Shown: positions 37,978 through 47,428 of the stretch, piece after piece
Position numbering within the stretch: position 1 is the first letter of the stretch
Layout of the letters: each line of letters begins with the position of its first letter
NCBI GenBank assembly: GCA_964642835.1
Contig: CAZXQA010000001.1
Span: 202,831 to 266,830, forward strand
Direction of reading: 5' to 3'
DNA length: 64,000 nucleotides
Origin: an uncultured Candidatus Saccharibacteria bacterium
Lineage (GTDB): Bacteria; Patescibacteriota; Minisyncoccia; Phycocordibacterales; Zambryskibacteraceae
Notes under the pieces: generated by a model
Databases searched by the model: none
Seen by the model: the letters and a program-made list of their open reading frames with translations, nothing else
What the model was told of the DNA's origin: nothing
Translations under genes and position numbers: made by a program

Positions 37978-39577
37978 TCTCCTCACTCGAGACCAGGCGA
38001 CGCGTGAGACATACTCGACCGACGCGAGCCTCTTTAAGGTAGAGCCAGAAGCTGTAGCTTTCCCCAAGGACGCCGAGGAGTTAAAGCAGCTTGTGGCCTA
38101 CGCGAAGAAGCACCAGACCTCTCTTACCATGCGCGCGGCTGGGACCGACATGAGTGGCGGCCCATTGAATACGGGGATCATCGCTGACACGACGCGGTTC
38201 ATGAACAGAATCGGAGAGATTACCCCTGTGGACAAAGGATTATCCTCTGTAACGGTAGAGCCGGGCGTCTTCTACCGGGATCTCGAGAAGAAGACGCGTG
38301 CCCACGGGCTCCTCTTGCCGTGCTACCCGGCGTCCAAGGATCTCGCCGCTCTGGGAGGGATGGTAGGGAACAACTGCGGTGGGGAATTGTCGCTTCGCTA
38401 CGGGAAGATGGAGAACTTCGTCATTGAGTCGAAATATATTTTCTCCGACGGGAACGAATACGTCGTGAAGCCTCTCACGGGGAGCGAACTCGATGCCAAA
38501 ATGGCCGAGAATACCTTCGAAGGTCGCCTCTACGCTTCGCTCGTCTCTCTCATTTGGCATCACAAAGACATTATCAAGGCCGCGAAGCCCAAGGTGGCCA
38601 AGAACTCAGCCGGCTACTTCCTCTGGAACGCCTGGGATGGTCGGACCTTCGATTTAAATAAAATCCTGACCGGCGCCCAAGGCACGCTCGGTCTCATGAC
38701 GGAAGCCACCCTGCGACTCGTGCCCGAGAAAACGCATCACGACCTCATCGCTGTCTTTCTCTCCTCCTGGGATGAGTTGCCGAAGGTAGTGAACGCCATT
38801 CTTCCGCACGAGCCGGAGAGTCTGGAGACCTTTGATAAAGAAACGATCAAACTCGGTCTGCGCTTCTTCCCTGAGATCGCGCGGAAAGCCCATACCAACA
38901 TCTTCTCCTTCCTCTTCAAATTCTTGCCGGAAGCTCTCGTGGGTCTCCGGATGGGTGGTCTTCCAGAAATTATTATCTTAATTGAGATTGCCGAAACTAC
39001 TCCTCAAGAAGTCGATAGTAAACGCGAAGCCCTCCTCAAAACTTTGAAAGAGTTGGACGTGCTCCATCGCGCGATCACGAAAGACAGCGAGGAAGAGAAG
39101 TTCTGGATCGTGCGCCGAGAATCCTTCAACCTCTTGCGTCATCATGCGAGTGGGAAGCGAACAGTGCCGCTTATCGACGACTTCTGCATTCCGCCCGAAC
39201 GTGTGCCGGAAGCCCTGCCGGAGATGAAAGCTCTTCTCGAGAAATTTGATATCCCCGTGAACATTGCCGGTCACGCCGGAGAAGGGAACTTCCACATTAT
39301 TCCGCTCATGGACCTCACGCTCGCGAGTGAACGCGAGAAGCTTCTGCCTGTGGCGCATGCGTTTTATGACCTCGTCGCGAAGTACAAGGGCACGACGACA
39401 GGGGAGCACAACGACGGCATCGTCCGCACCCCCTTCCTTTCCAAAATATATTCCCCGGAGGTGCTCGATCTCTTTACCCAGGTGAAGAATATCTGCGACC
39501 CCGAGAACATCTTTAACCCCGGCAAGAAGATTGGAGGCTCTTTCGCAGACTTCGAGAGATACTTGACAAATAGGTAG
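37967..39577 (+). CDS. FAD-binding oxidoreductase (GlcD/D-lactate dehydrogenase-like)
   Basis: RAAGTDMSG, GGMVGNN, GHAGEGNFH, GEHNDG, NPGK. Confidence 0.9.
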   Translation: MDSNLLTRDQATRETYSTDASLFKVEPEAVAFPKDAEELKQLVAYAKKHQTSLTMRAAGTDMSGGPLNTGIIADTTRFMNRIGEITPVDKGLSSVTVEPGVFYRDLEKKTRAHGLLLPCYPASKDLAALGGMVGNNCGGELSLRYGKMENFVIESKYIFSDGNEYVVKPLTGSELDAKMAENTFEGRLYASLVSLIWHHKDIIKAAKPKVAKNSAGYFLWNAWDGRTFDLNKILTGAQGTLGLMTEATLRLVPEKTHHDLIAVFLSSWDELPKVVNAILPHEPESLETFDKETIKLGLRFFPEIARKAHTNIFSFLFKFLPEALVGLRMGGLPEIIILIEIAETTPQEVDSKREALLKTLKELDVLHRAITKDSEEEKFWIVRRESFNLLRHHASGKRTVPLIDDFCIPPERVPEALPEMKALLEKFDIPVNIAGHAGEGNFHIIPLMDLTLASEREKLLPVAHAFYDLVAKYKGTTTGEHNDGIVRTPFLSKIYSPEVLDLFTQVKNICDPENIFNPGKKIGGSFADFERYLTNR

Positions 39578-39648
39578 TAGTGTGCTAAGGTAGAAAATAG
39601 GAACGTGGAACCCCGCCTCACGGCAGGCTTCCTCCACGCGGAGACTAT

Positions 39649-39900
39649 ATGAACAAGAACGCCAAGAAGGCGCGCCTGAAGGCCCACAAGCTCCTCGCGA
39701 AGAACCGCAAGGCAACCATCCGCGGCGAGCAGATCGCCGCCACGCTGAAGCACATTCAGAAGCGCCGCGAGAAGGGCGTGCGGTACACCATCCACAACCA
39801 CAAGCGCGTCCTCATCAACGACCTCGAGCGCGAACTCCTCGAGAAGCTCGTGAAGGGAAGCAGCAAGATCGTGCGTCGACTCAAGCAGATCGCCGCCTAG
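39649..39900 (+). CDS. Orphan highly basic 83-aa protein, SD-led
   Basis: TTGACA-17-TAAGGT (39563-39591), GGAG SD, very high GC3, terminator 39937-39969. Confidence 0.7.
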   Translation: MNKNAKKARLKAHKLLAKNRKATIRGEQIAATLKHIQKRREKGVRYTIHNHKRVLINDLERELLEKLVKGSSKIVRRLKQIAA

Positions 39901-39995
39901 GTTCACACCATGAAGATCATCGTGTGGAGCTAGTAGAAGGGCCCGGAGCAATCTGGGCCCTTTTCTTTTGTCTAAAACCTGCTAAAATGATCCCC

Positions 39996-40649
39996 ATGCT
40001 TACCTTACAGGCAGATATTCGGGATACGAAGACCAATACATCAGAACTCAGAAAAGCGGGATACATCCCCGCCGTCTTTTACGGTAAGAAGGAAGCATCG
40101 ACGCCTATTAGCCTCAAGCAGACCGACTTCGTGAAGGTCTGGAAAGAAGCTGGTGAATCCTCCGTCGTCACCCTCAATACTCCTCAAGGTCCTAAGGACA
40201 GTCTTATCCACGATGTCGTGCTCGACCCCGTAAGCGGCACTCCAACCCACGCTGACTTCTACGTTTTCGAAGTTGGTCACAAGGTAGAAGTGTCTCTCCC
40301 GGTCGAATTCGTCGGTGTCTCTGGCGCGGTCAAGGACCTCGGCGGCACCCTCATGAAGGTTCTCCACGAACTCGCGGTTGAAGCCATGCCAAAGGACCTC
40401 CCACACAATATTTCCGTTGATATTTCCTCTCTTGCTGCTTTCGGCGATCAAATTGCCGCCAAAGATATTCCGCTCCCGAAGGGTGTTGAGCTCAAGGCCA
40501 ACCCTGACGAAGTTGTTGTCACCGTTTCCGCTCCTCGTGAAGAGAAGGAAGAGGAAGCTGCTCCGGTTGATCTCTCTGCCATCGAAGTTGAGAAGAAGGG
40601 TAAGGATGAGCCTGCTGAAGGCGAAGCCGCTCCTGCTGAAGCTAAGTAA
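39996..40649 (+). CDS. rplY: 50S ribosomal protein L25/Ctc
   Basis: LRKAGYIPAVFYG, HADFY, acidic tail. Confidence 0.93.
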   Translation: MLTLQADIRDTKTNTSELRKAGYIPAVFYGKKEASTPISLKQTDFVKVWKEAGESSVVTLNTPQGPKDSLIHDVVLDPVSGTPTHADFYVFEVGHKVEVSLPVEFVGVSGAVKDLGGTLMKVLHELAVEAMPKDLPHNISVDISSLAAFGDQIAAKDIPLPKGVELKANPDEVVVTVSAPREEKEEEAAPVDLSAIEVEKKGKDEPAEGEAAPAEAK

Positions 40650-40685
40650 ACAGTCTCTCTGTTTACCGTGCCTGTGCGCCTCCAT

Positions 40686-42044
40686 ATGAAAAAACTGCTC
40701 TTAATTTTGTTAATGTGTTCTCTCGGCGTCTCTCCTATGGTCGTGGTGGCTCAGACCGCTTGCACCGGAGTGACCGCTGGCAAAACGCGCCCTCAACTTG
40801 AGGCTGAACAGGCTGTCTGCGAACAGGAAGCCGCTGAAGCCGCCAAGATGAAGGCCTCCCTCGACCAGCAGAGTGCCTCATACGCGAACGACGTGAAGGC
40901 TCTCACCGCGAAGATCAACGCGGCCCAGGCCAATATCAAGGCGAAGAACATCGCCATTTCCAATCTCGCGAGTGACATCAAGGAGAAGGAGGCGACTATC
41001 GGCGTGTTGAACACCCGGATCGAGAAGGGGAAGCGCGCCATCGCCGAAATTTTAAGAAAAACGAACGACATTAACTCCTACTCCCTTGTCGAGGCACTCC
41101 TCTCCGACAAAGACCTCTCGGAATTCTTCGTCGACATCGACACCTACGCCTCAACGGAGGAAGCGCTCGAGAACCTCTTTGCCGACCTCCGCGATACCCG
41201 CGCTTTGACGGAAGCGCAGAAAGCCGAACTCAATAAGAAAAAGGAGGCTGAAGCCGCCGCCCGTGCCACCATCGAAGCCGCCAAGAAAGAGGTTGAGAAA
41301 GCCAACAACGAGAAGAAGGACCTTCTGGCCGTGACGCAAAGTAACGCCAAGGGCTACGCTCAGCTCGTCGCTGACCGCCAAGCCAAGGCCGCCCAGATCC
41401 GCGCCATTCTCTTCCCACTCGTCGACTCCGGTGCCATTCCGTTCGGCACCGCGCTCCAATACGCGCAGACCGCGAGCGCAAAGACGGGCGTCCGCCCAGC
41501 TCTTATCCTTGGTATTCTCCAGCAAGAATCGAACCTCGGCGCGAACGTCGGTCGCTGTGTCATTACCGACCTCTCGACGGGTCAGACCAAGAACCCGACC
41601 ACTGGCGTCGTCTTCTCAAATGGTATCCATCCGACTCGTGACCTCCCTCTTCTCCAGAGCATTTTGAAGAATCTCGGCCGAGATCCACTCTCAACCAAGG
41701 TGTCCTGCCCAGTGGCCGGCGTCGCAGGCTATGGTGGCGCTATGGGACCAACCCAGTTCATCCCTTCGACTTGGAATCTGTTGGCAGGGAAGATTAAGAC
41801 CGCGACCGGCAAGGAGACTCCTGATCCGTGGAATCCGGCTGATGCCATCATGGCGGCCGCTATCCTTCTCCAAGGCAACGGCGCCGCGGCTGGTAGCGCT
41901 GATGCCGAGCGCAATGCTGCCTGCAAGTACTATTCCGGCAAAAACTGCTCCGCGGCAAGCTATATCGCTTCTTACGGCAACTCTGTCATGAGCCGCGCTT
42001 CGACCATCCAGTTGACCATGATTGACCCGTTGCAGAATTTATAA
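40686..42044 (+). CDS. Secreted coiled-coil (CwlO-like) lytic murein transglycosylase
   Basis: Signal peptide, long coiled coil, QESNLG, GAMGPTQFIPSTW, DPWN. Confidence 0.85.
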   Translation: MKKLLLILLMCSLGVSPMVVVAQTACTGVTAGKTRPQLEAEQAVCEQEAAEAAKMKASLDQQSASYANDVKALTAKINAAQANIKAKNIAISNLASDIKEKEATIGVLNTRIEKGKRAIAEILRKTNDINSYSLVEALLSDKDLSEFFVDIDTYASTEEALENLFADLRDTRALTEAQKAELNKKKEAEAAARATIEAAKKEVEKANNEKKDLLAVTQSNAKGYAQLVADRQAKAAQIRAILFPLVDSGAIPFGTALQYAQTASAKTGVRPALILGILQQESNLGANVGRCVITDLSTGQTKNPTTGVVFSNGIHPTRDLPLLQSILKNLGRDPLSTKVSCPVAGVAGYGGAMGPTQFIPSTWNLLAGKIKTATGKETPDPWNPADAIMAAAILLQGNGAAAGSADAERNAACKYYSGKNCSAASYIASYGNSVMSRASTIQLTMIDPLQNL

Positions 42045-42066
42045 TCTCTGGTATATTTGACGAGCA

Positions 42067-42324
42067 ATGAAAAAGGAAATTCACCCGGCTAACTACCGCC
42101 CTGTGCTCTTCATCGACAACTCCGACGGCACGGAGTTTATTATCCCGTCCACGGTTAAGACCGAGGAAACTTTGAAGTCGAAGACCGACGGCAAGGATTA
42201 CCCGGTTTTCCGCCTCGAAATCTCCTCCGCCACTCATCCTTTCTACACTGGTCAGGAAAAGACTCTCGACTCTGCCGGCCGCGTTGAACGCTTCAAGCAG
42301 AAGCAGGCTAAAGCAAAGAAGTAA
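42067..42324 (+). CDS. rpmE: 50S ribosomal protein L31 (type B, Zn-free)
   Basis: MKKEIHP, EISSATHPFYTG, GRVERF. Confidence 0.95.
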   Translation: MKKEIHPANYRPVLFIDNSDGTEFIIPSTVKTEETLKSKTDGKDYPVFRLEISSATHPFYTGQEKTLDSAGRVERFKQKQAKAKK

Positions 42325-42326
42325 CG

Positions 42327-42404
42327 AGCTTACAGCTGACTGCTGGTAGCTTACAGGTTTGTTCCTAGTTCCCGCTACAAGCTATAAGCTGTAAACTGTA
42401 AGCT
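42327..42404. repeat. Degenerate heptamer repeat tract with inverted halves
   Basis: AGCTTAC/AGCTGAC ... AAGCTAT/AAGCTGT/AAACTGT. Confidence 0.6.
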
Positions 42405-43385
42405 ATGAATCCCGATCTCGAAAAGTATAAGTCGAATCCTCGCACCGCTTATCTCGCGGATTCTTTCGCCCGTCTTCTCAAGGAAGAAGAGGAGTTAAAG
42501 GTTCTCGCCACCGATCCCGAGATGGCCGCTCTCTCGGAAGAAGAGATGAAGAATATCGAAGCGCAAAAGGAAGCACTCATGAAGGAAATTGAGGACATCG
42601 TCGCCGCCGAAGAAAAGGAGGACGAATTCCCGAACGAACTTATTTTAGAAATCCGCGCCGGTGCCGGGGGAGACGAAGCCGCTCTCTTTGCCCACGAGCT
42701 GGCCGAAATGTACAAGGCCTATGCCGCCACTCAGGGTTGGTCCTTCACTCTTCTCGCGAGCTCCGAGAACTCGATCGGCGGCTACAAGGAAGCCTCGTTT
42801 GAAATCCGCGGTCTCAACTGCTACAAGCGTCTCCGCTACGAAACGGGCGTCCAGCGCGTCCAGCGCGTCCCTGAGACCGAGAAGATGGGTCGTGTTCACA
42901 CTTCCACCGTAACAGTGGCTATCCTCCCGGTAAGAAAGAAGCTCAACATCGAGATCCGCCCTCAAGACTTGGAGATCACCACCTTCCGCTCCGGCGGCGC
43001 GGGCGGTCAGAACGTAAACAAGGTGGAAACAGCCGTCCGTATCGTCCACACCCCAACTGGGCTCGAAGTAAAGTGCACTTCAGAAAGAAGCCAGCTCAAG
43101 AACAAGGAGAAGGCCATGAGCATCCTCGCCGCCAAACTCGAGCAGCTTCGAGAGGAGGAGGAAGCGAAGAAAGTGGGTGCCGAGCGTAAAGCACAGGTCG
43201 GAACAGGCGATCGCTCAGAAAAGATCCGCACCTACAACTTCCCTCAGAACCGCATCACCGATCACCGCGTGAAGGTCTCCGTCCACGACATGGAAGGCTT
43301 CATGGCGGGCAATATTGATAAGATTTTGGACGCGCTCGAGAACCCTGAGGCTCACGCTGGTGACGCTGCCGATGACGAAGATTAA
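42405..43385 (+). CDS. prfA: Peptide chain release factor 1
   Basis: PET anticodon-mimic motif (VQRVPETE), GGQ, RTYNFP. Confidence 0.95.
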   Translation: MNPDLEKYKSNPRTAYLADSFARLLKEEEELKVLATDPEMAALSEEEMKNIEAQKEALMKEIEDIVAAEEKEDEFPNELILEIRAGAGGDEAALFAHELAEMYKAYAATQGWSFTLLASSENSIGGYKEASFEIRGLNCYKRLRYETGVQRVQRVPETEKMGRVHTSTVTVAILPVRKKLNIEIRPQDLEITTFRSGGAGGQNVNKVETAVRIVHTPTGLEVKCTSERSQLKNKEKAMSILAAKLEQLREEEEAKKVGAERKAQVGTGDRSEKIRTYNFPQNRITDHRVKVSVHDMEGFMAGNIDKILDALENPEAHAGDAADDED

Positions 43386-44028
43386 GAGTGAAGAACCGGA
43401 AGCCTACCGCCTCGGCTGGATTCCTTTTATACACACGCATATTTGGCTCGATTCAAAGCCGCTCATCCCACGACCAGAAACTGAATACTGGGCACATGAA
43501 CTTATCTGCAAGTTCCAAGCTCTAAGCTCTACACCTCTTAAGGTTCTTGATCTTTGCGCCGGCTCGGGAGCGATTGGCGTCGCTCTCGCGCAGGAAATTC
43601 CAACGGCTACAGTCGACTTCGTGGAACTCGATGAGAAGCATCACGAAACGATCCGGAAAAATATCAAAGAAAACGGTATTGAAGAGAACCGAATAAGGAT
43701 TTTTGGAGGAGATTTGTTCGAACAGGTGCAAGATTCCTACGATGTAATCTTCTCAAACCCACCCTACATCGATATGAACTTGGGTAGGGTAGAGGACTCT
43801 GTGCTCGACCATGAGCCTCACCTCGCTCTCGATGGCGGTATGCATGGCACGGCCATCATCGCGCGCATTCTGGCTGCCGCACCATCGCATCTCAAACCTC
43901 GCGGCGCTCTTTGGTTGGAACACGAGCCTGAACAGGTTGAGTGGCTTTCGATACAGGCAGGCTATACGGCTTCTTACCCCGATCAATACGGTGTCTTGCG
44001 CTACTCCATCTTTGCCGCTTTTCCCTAA
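43372..44028 (+). CDS. prmC: Release factor glutamine methyltransferase (short N-terminus)
   Basis: [30 protein letters not shown]. Confidence 0.9.
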   Translation: MTKIKSEEPEAYRLGWIPFIHTHIWLDSKPLIPRPETEYWAHELICKFQALSSTPLKVLDLCAGSGAIGVALAQEIPTATVDFVELDEKHHETIRKNIKENGIEENRIRIFGGDLFEQVQDSYDVIFSNPPYIDMNLGRVEDSVLDHEPHLALDGGMHGTAIIARILAAAPSHLKPRGALWLEHEPEQVEWLSIQAGYTASYPDQYGVLRYSIFAAFP

Positions 44029-44061
44029 ATCACCCCCTCCCTCTCCCGTATCCCCAGTTTT

Positions 44062-44082
44062 TGCAAAGGTCTAACCTCTGCA
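44062..44082. repeat. Palindromic element TGCAAAGG-N5-CCT(T/C)TGCA (copies at 50358-50378 and 50736-50756)
   Basis: Three copies, each preceded by TATCCCCA and followed by or overlapping a promoter. Confidence 0.7.
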
Positions 44083-44130
44083 TGATGTGCTTGACAATAT
44101 ATTGTATATATGATAAGTTAAGAGCAGATA

Positions 44131-44352
44131 GGGTACGGCCTGGTTTAAGGGGAGGGGAAATTCCCAGGGGAAGGCAATTACATCACAGACCTCACATAAA
44201 GGCCTCACACGACCGGAACAACGGGAGAGCACGCGCATTTAAGCGACCTGCATACTACCCAACCGGCACGAGGCCACTGCTCAGAAGAGCAAGAGGCAGT
44301 GATTGCGCCAGCCACTGTTCGGACAAATCACCTTTCCACCCAGACCGTACCC
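44131..44352 (+). ncRNA. Candidate structured ncRNA (~220 nt, closed 5'-3' stem, 6S-like topology)
   Basis: TTGACA-17-TAAGTT promoter; GGGTACGGCCTGG pairs with CCAGACCGTACCC; inner stems flank an A/C-rich bubble. Confidence 0.55.
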
Positions 44353-44397
44353 CATAGCGCATCCAACAGGGCTGCATGCAGCCCGAACAGGAGAGTT

Positions 44398-44433
44398 ATG
44401 GCGAAGAAGACCGAAGACCGAGTTGCGGCGTAG
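44398..44433 (+). CDS. 11-aa peptide MAKKTEDRVAA, SD-led
   Basis: CAGGAG SD, stop codon in a hairpin loop, terminator 44476-44507. Confidence 0.45.
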   Translation: MAKKTEDRVAA

Positions 44434-44539
44434 ATCCGCAACCGGCTGGGGGTGGCACGAAGCCACCCCGTCGATAGGGCCGCCCAACACACCGGGCGGC
44501 CCTTTTCCTTGTCTAAACAGGACTTTCCTGCTATAGTTC

Positions 44540-44648
44540 TCTAGCTTTTAAGGCTTCGGTCGGCCTTTATCAATAACCAAAAGCACAAGGTCCCTGACCC
44601 GGATCTGTCCGCCTCGTGAGAGAGGCGCGATAGCAAAACCACTCACAC
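44540..44648 (+). promoter_or_regulatory. rpsB 5' leader, putative S2 autoregulatory structure
   Basis: TGCTATAGT extended -10 at ~44529; ~105-nt leader with hairpins AAGGC..GCCTT and GCCTC..GAGGC. Confidence 0.5.
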
Positions 44649-45374
44649 ATGAAAAAAGATTCTAAAGGTGTCATTGATTCGTTGTTTGCCGCTGGCGCGC
44701 ACTTCGGCTTCGTCAAAAGCCGCCGTCACCCGTCTGCCAAGCCGTTCATTTTCGGTGCTAAGAACAAGGTAGAAATCTTCGACCTTGAGAAGACCTCCGT
44801 GGAACTCGCGAAGGCTCTTGAGTTTGTCGAAGGTAAGGGCAAGGAAGGCGGTCTCATTCTCTTTGTTGGCGGTAAGTCTGAAGCTCGCGAGGCGGTCGTA
44901 AAGGCCGGCACCGAGCTCTCCATGCCGTACGTCGCCGGTCGCTGGATCGGAGGCACCCTCACCAACTTCCCAGAGATTAAGAAGCGCATTGCCAAACTTG
45001 AAGAACTTACCACTCAGCGCGAAAAGGGTGAACTCGGTAAGTACACCAAGAAGGAACGCCTCCTCATCGACCGCGAGATCGACAACCTCACCACATACTT
45101 CGGCGGTCTTTCGACTTTGAAGATGCTCCCGAAGATCCTCGTCATCATTGACCCTAAGAAGGAGCACATCGCTGTTTCCGAAGCTCGTCGCATGAAGATC
45201 CCGGTTGTTGCCCTCTGCGGTTCTGACACCGACCTCCACCAGATTGACCGCGCCATCCCAGGCAACGACTCCTCTCGCCAGACTATTTCCTACGTCTTGA
45301 GTGAAGTAGTCTCCGCCTTCAAAGCTGGCCAAGCTCTCGCTACCGAGGCTGCCACCACTCCGGCCGCTCAGTAA
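44649..45374 (+). CDS. rpsB: 30S ribosomal protein S2
   Basis: AGAHFG, RWIGGTLTNF, PGNDS. Confidence 0.96.
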   Translation: MKKDSKGVIDSLFAAGAHFGFVKSRRHPSAKPFIFGAKNKVEIFDLEKTSVELAKALEFVEGKGKEGGLILFVGGKSEAREAVVKAGTELSMPYVAGRWIGGTLTNFPEIKKRIAKLEELTTQREKGELGKYTKKERLLIDREIDNLTTYFGGLSTLKMLPKILVIIDPKKEHIAVSEARRMKIPVVALCGSDTDLHQIDRAIPGNDSSRQTISYVLSEVVSAFKAGQALATEAATTPAAQ

Positions 45375-45464
45375 CCTCTCGCTCTCGTTTCTTTTCTCAG
45401 TTTGTTTTTCTGGGAAGTAATGTAAAATTGATAACTGAATAATCAACCTTAATTCATCCGTACC

Positions 45465-45917
45465 ATGATCAGCACCGACCAAATTAAAGAGCTCCGTGAC
45501 GCTACCGGCCTCTCTCTGCAGCAGATCCGCGTCGCCCTCGAAGAAGCAGGGGGAGATAAGGAGAAGGCGCTCGCCATCCTTAAAGAGAAGAGTGGGGAAA
45601 TTGCTGCGAAGAAAAGTGATCGCACCTTGGGCTCAGGTTACATTGGCTCCTACGTTCATTCCAACGGCACAGTAGGCGCCATGGTGGAACTCCTCTGCGA
45701 GACCGACTTCGTAGCCAAGAATCCTGAATTCCAAGCCGCCGCCAAGGACATGGCCATGCACATCGCCGCCATGAACCCTCTCGACCAGGGCGAACTCCTC
45801 GAGCAAGCCTTCATCAAGGGCTCCGGTGGAACGATTGGGGAAATGGTCAACGGCCTCATCCAGAAGTTCGGTGAGCGCACGGAGATCGGTAAGTTCACTC
45901 GCTTCTCACTTAATTAA
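45465..45917 (+). CDS. tsf: Elongation factor Ts (short form)
   Basis: IKELRDATG, CETDFVA, MHIAA. Confidence 0.93.
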   Translation: MISTDQIKELRDATGLSLQQIRVALEEAGGDKEKALAILKEKSGEIAAKKSDRTLGSGYIGSYVHSNGTVGAMVELLCETDFVAKNPEFQAAAKDMAMHIAAMNPLDQGELLEQAFIKGSGGTIGEMVNGLIQKFGERTEIGKFTRFSLN

Positions 45918-46610
45918 ATGCCAACGCTTATCATCTTCATTCTCTCCGGGGTTGCTCTCATGAGCCTCACTCTGGCCAAGAGAGTGGAAATGAAGAGCAA
46001 GCGGCCCTCCTTCCTCTTGAAGCTTGTTTCTAAGGGCGACGAACACGCTCGCGTAGCGTATCACGAGGCGCTTCACTTCTACTCTGAAGGCAAACACCGG
46101 GCCGCCTTCTTCGTGAAGAAGCAACTCCCACTTAAGGCCAAGAGCTACGTGAATAAGGGTGTCTCGTACGTAAAGGCGAAAGGCGAGGAGCGTTTCGGCA
46201 ATATGCGGAACTCTCGCCTTATCAAGCGCGATGGCGGGATCAGTGAATTCTTCAAAACTATTTCCGAAATGGAAAAGGGTGCTGGAGAAATAAACGAATC
46301 TCTCCACGCCACACCCGTGGTCGAAGTGGCGGCTCCAGAAGTAATGGGGGCGAAAGAAGGAGCAGTGGTAGAAACAATCACACCTCTCGAGTCTCCGAAA
46401 GCCAAGAAATCTCGCGCTCCTCGCAAGAAGAAAGTGGAAGTGGTCTTCACCGAAGACGTCACGGAAGTAGTGCCCGAGGTCACTATTGTCCCGGAACCTG
46501 AGGCTACCCCTGTACTCCCCGTTATCGAGGCCGTGCCCACGCAGCCTCACAACTTTAAACCAATCCAGCCCCGCAAGCGTCGCTTGAAAGTAGTAGAGTT
46601 GGGAGAGTAG
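45918..46610 (+). CDS. Hypothetical membrane-anchored protein with disordered tail
   Basis: N-terminal TM, Glu/Pro/Val-rich C-terminus. Confidence 0.7.
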   Translation: MPTLIIFILSGVALMSLTLAKRVEMKSKRPSFLLKLVSKGDEHARVAYHEALHFYSEGKHRAAFFVKKQLPLKAKSYVNKGVSYVKAKGEERFGNMRNSRLIKRDGGISEFFKTISEMEKGAGEINESLHATPVVEVAAPEVMGAKEGAVVETITPLESPKAKKSRAPRKKKVEVVFTEDVTEVVPEVTIVPEPEATPVLPVIEAVPTQPHNFKPIQPRKRRLKVVELGE

Positions 46611-46628
46611 AATCCAGTGCGCGTATAC

Positions 46629-46701
46629 GCCGCCTTAGCTCAGTTGGTAGAGCAACGCTTTTGTAAAGCGAAGGTCCCCAGTTCGAATCTGGGAGGCGGC
46701 T
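46629..46701 (+). tRNA. tRNA-Thr(TGT)
   Basis: GCCGCCT acceptor stem, anticodon loop TTTGTAA, GTTCGAATC; CCA not encoded. Confidence 0.96.
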
Positions 46702-46726
46702 CTCGTTTGTTTAAAGGTATCGAAGA

Positions 46727-47407
46727 TTATCTTACCTGCACTGTACTCGTCGCGGCTTTCTGCATCTTCAATGTTTTAAGTGCTGGGATCTGAGCTTCAA
46801 GCTCCTCAATAGAGTGGAAACCATAATACGGTGTTCCATTCACAATAATTGCCGGCACCTGAGAATTAACCTTGTAGATCGAGATAAGAGTCTGAACGGC
46901 ACCGAGGTCGTAGTTGTAGTCGAAGGAATAGACGCGGAGATCAGGATACGTATCGCGAAGAGTGGTGAGTACATAACCCATCTTCTCGCAATCCTCGCAT
47001 TTGTCGCGAGTCGAGTAGAAGTAGAGGATGAAGGTCGGCTTAATGTTGCACTTCTCGGTCAAGCGCTTCATGAGAAGGTAATCCTTGATCTCGAGGAGAA
47101 AGTAGGAGCGCTTGAGACTCTCAACGTCTTGGCTATCAAACCCGCCCTGGTTCTCGGCGTAAGAGAGCTTCTCACCCAAAGGACCGAGTTCCTTCGAGAG
47201 GAAACCGGGCCCAATATCCTTGCAGGAAGTCTCAGCGAGGAGAGCGAACTGCGTTTCTGAGGAAAGGATGTCGAGCGACACGCGGTTCTCGATATCGCGG
47301 ACGTTCTCGACCTTCTTGTCGGTGAGCTTTGTGCTCACAAAGATTGCCGTACCGAAGATAAGAGCGGTGATGAGGAACGCGTAGATATATTTCTTCGAAT
47401 CGATCAT
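46727..47407 (-). CDS. Membrane-anchored protein with C-terminal thioredoxin-like domain
   Basis: N-terminal TM; LYFYS..CEDC, VPAIIVN. Confidence 0.7.
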   Translation of the reverse strand: MIDSKKYIYAFLITALIFGTAIFVSTKLTDKKVENVRDIENRVSLDILSSETQFALLAETSCKDIGPGFLSKELGPLGEKLSYAENQGGFDSQDVESLKRSYFLLEIKDYLLMKRLTEKCNIKPTFILYFYSTRDKCEDCEKMGYVLTTLRDTYPDLRVYSFDYNYDLGAVQTLISIYKVNSQVPAIIVNGTPYYGFHSIEELEAQIPALKTLKMQKAATSTVQVR

Positions 47408-47428
47408 GTGAATAGAAAAAGGATTAAG

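Noticed and set aside
44091-44507. Canonical tmRNA or RNase P RNA
   Set aside because: No GGTTCRA T-arm, no acceptor stem ending in CCA, and no GAGGAAAGTCC/P4 signature; kept only as an unknown RNA
43941-44536. ORF-track proteins 43941-44357, 44303-44536 and 44281-44490
   Set aside because: Weak starts, atypical composition, and they cross a promoter or terminator or lie antisense to the unit; RNA structure explains the region better
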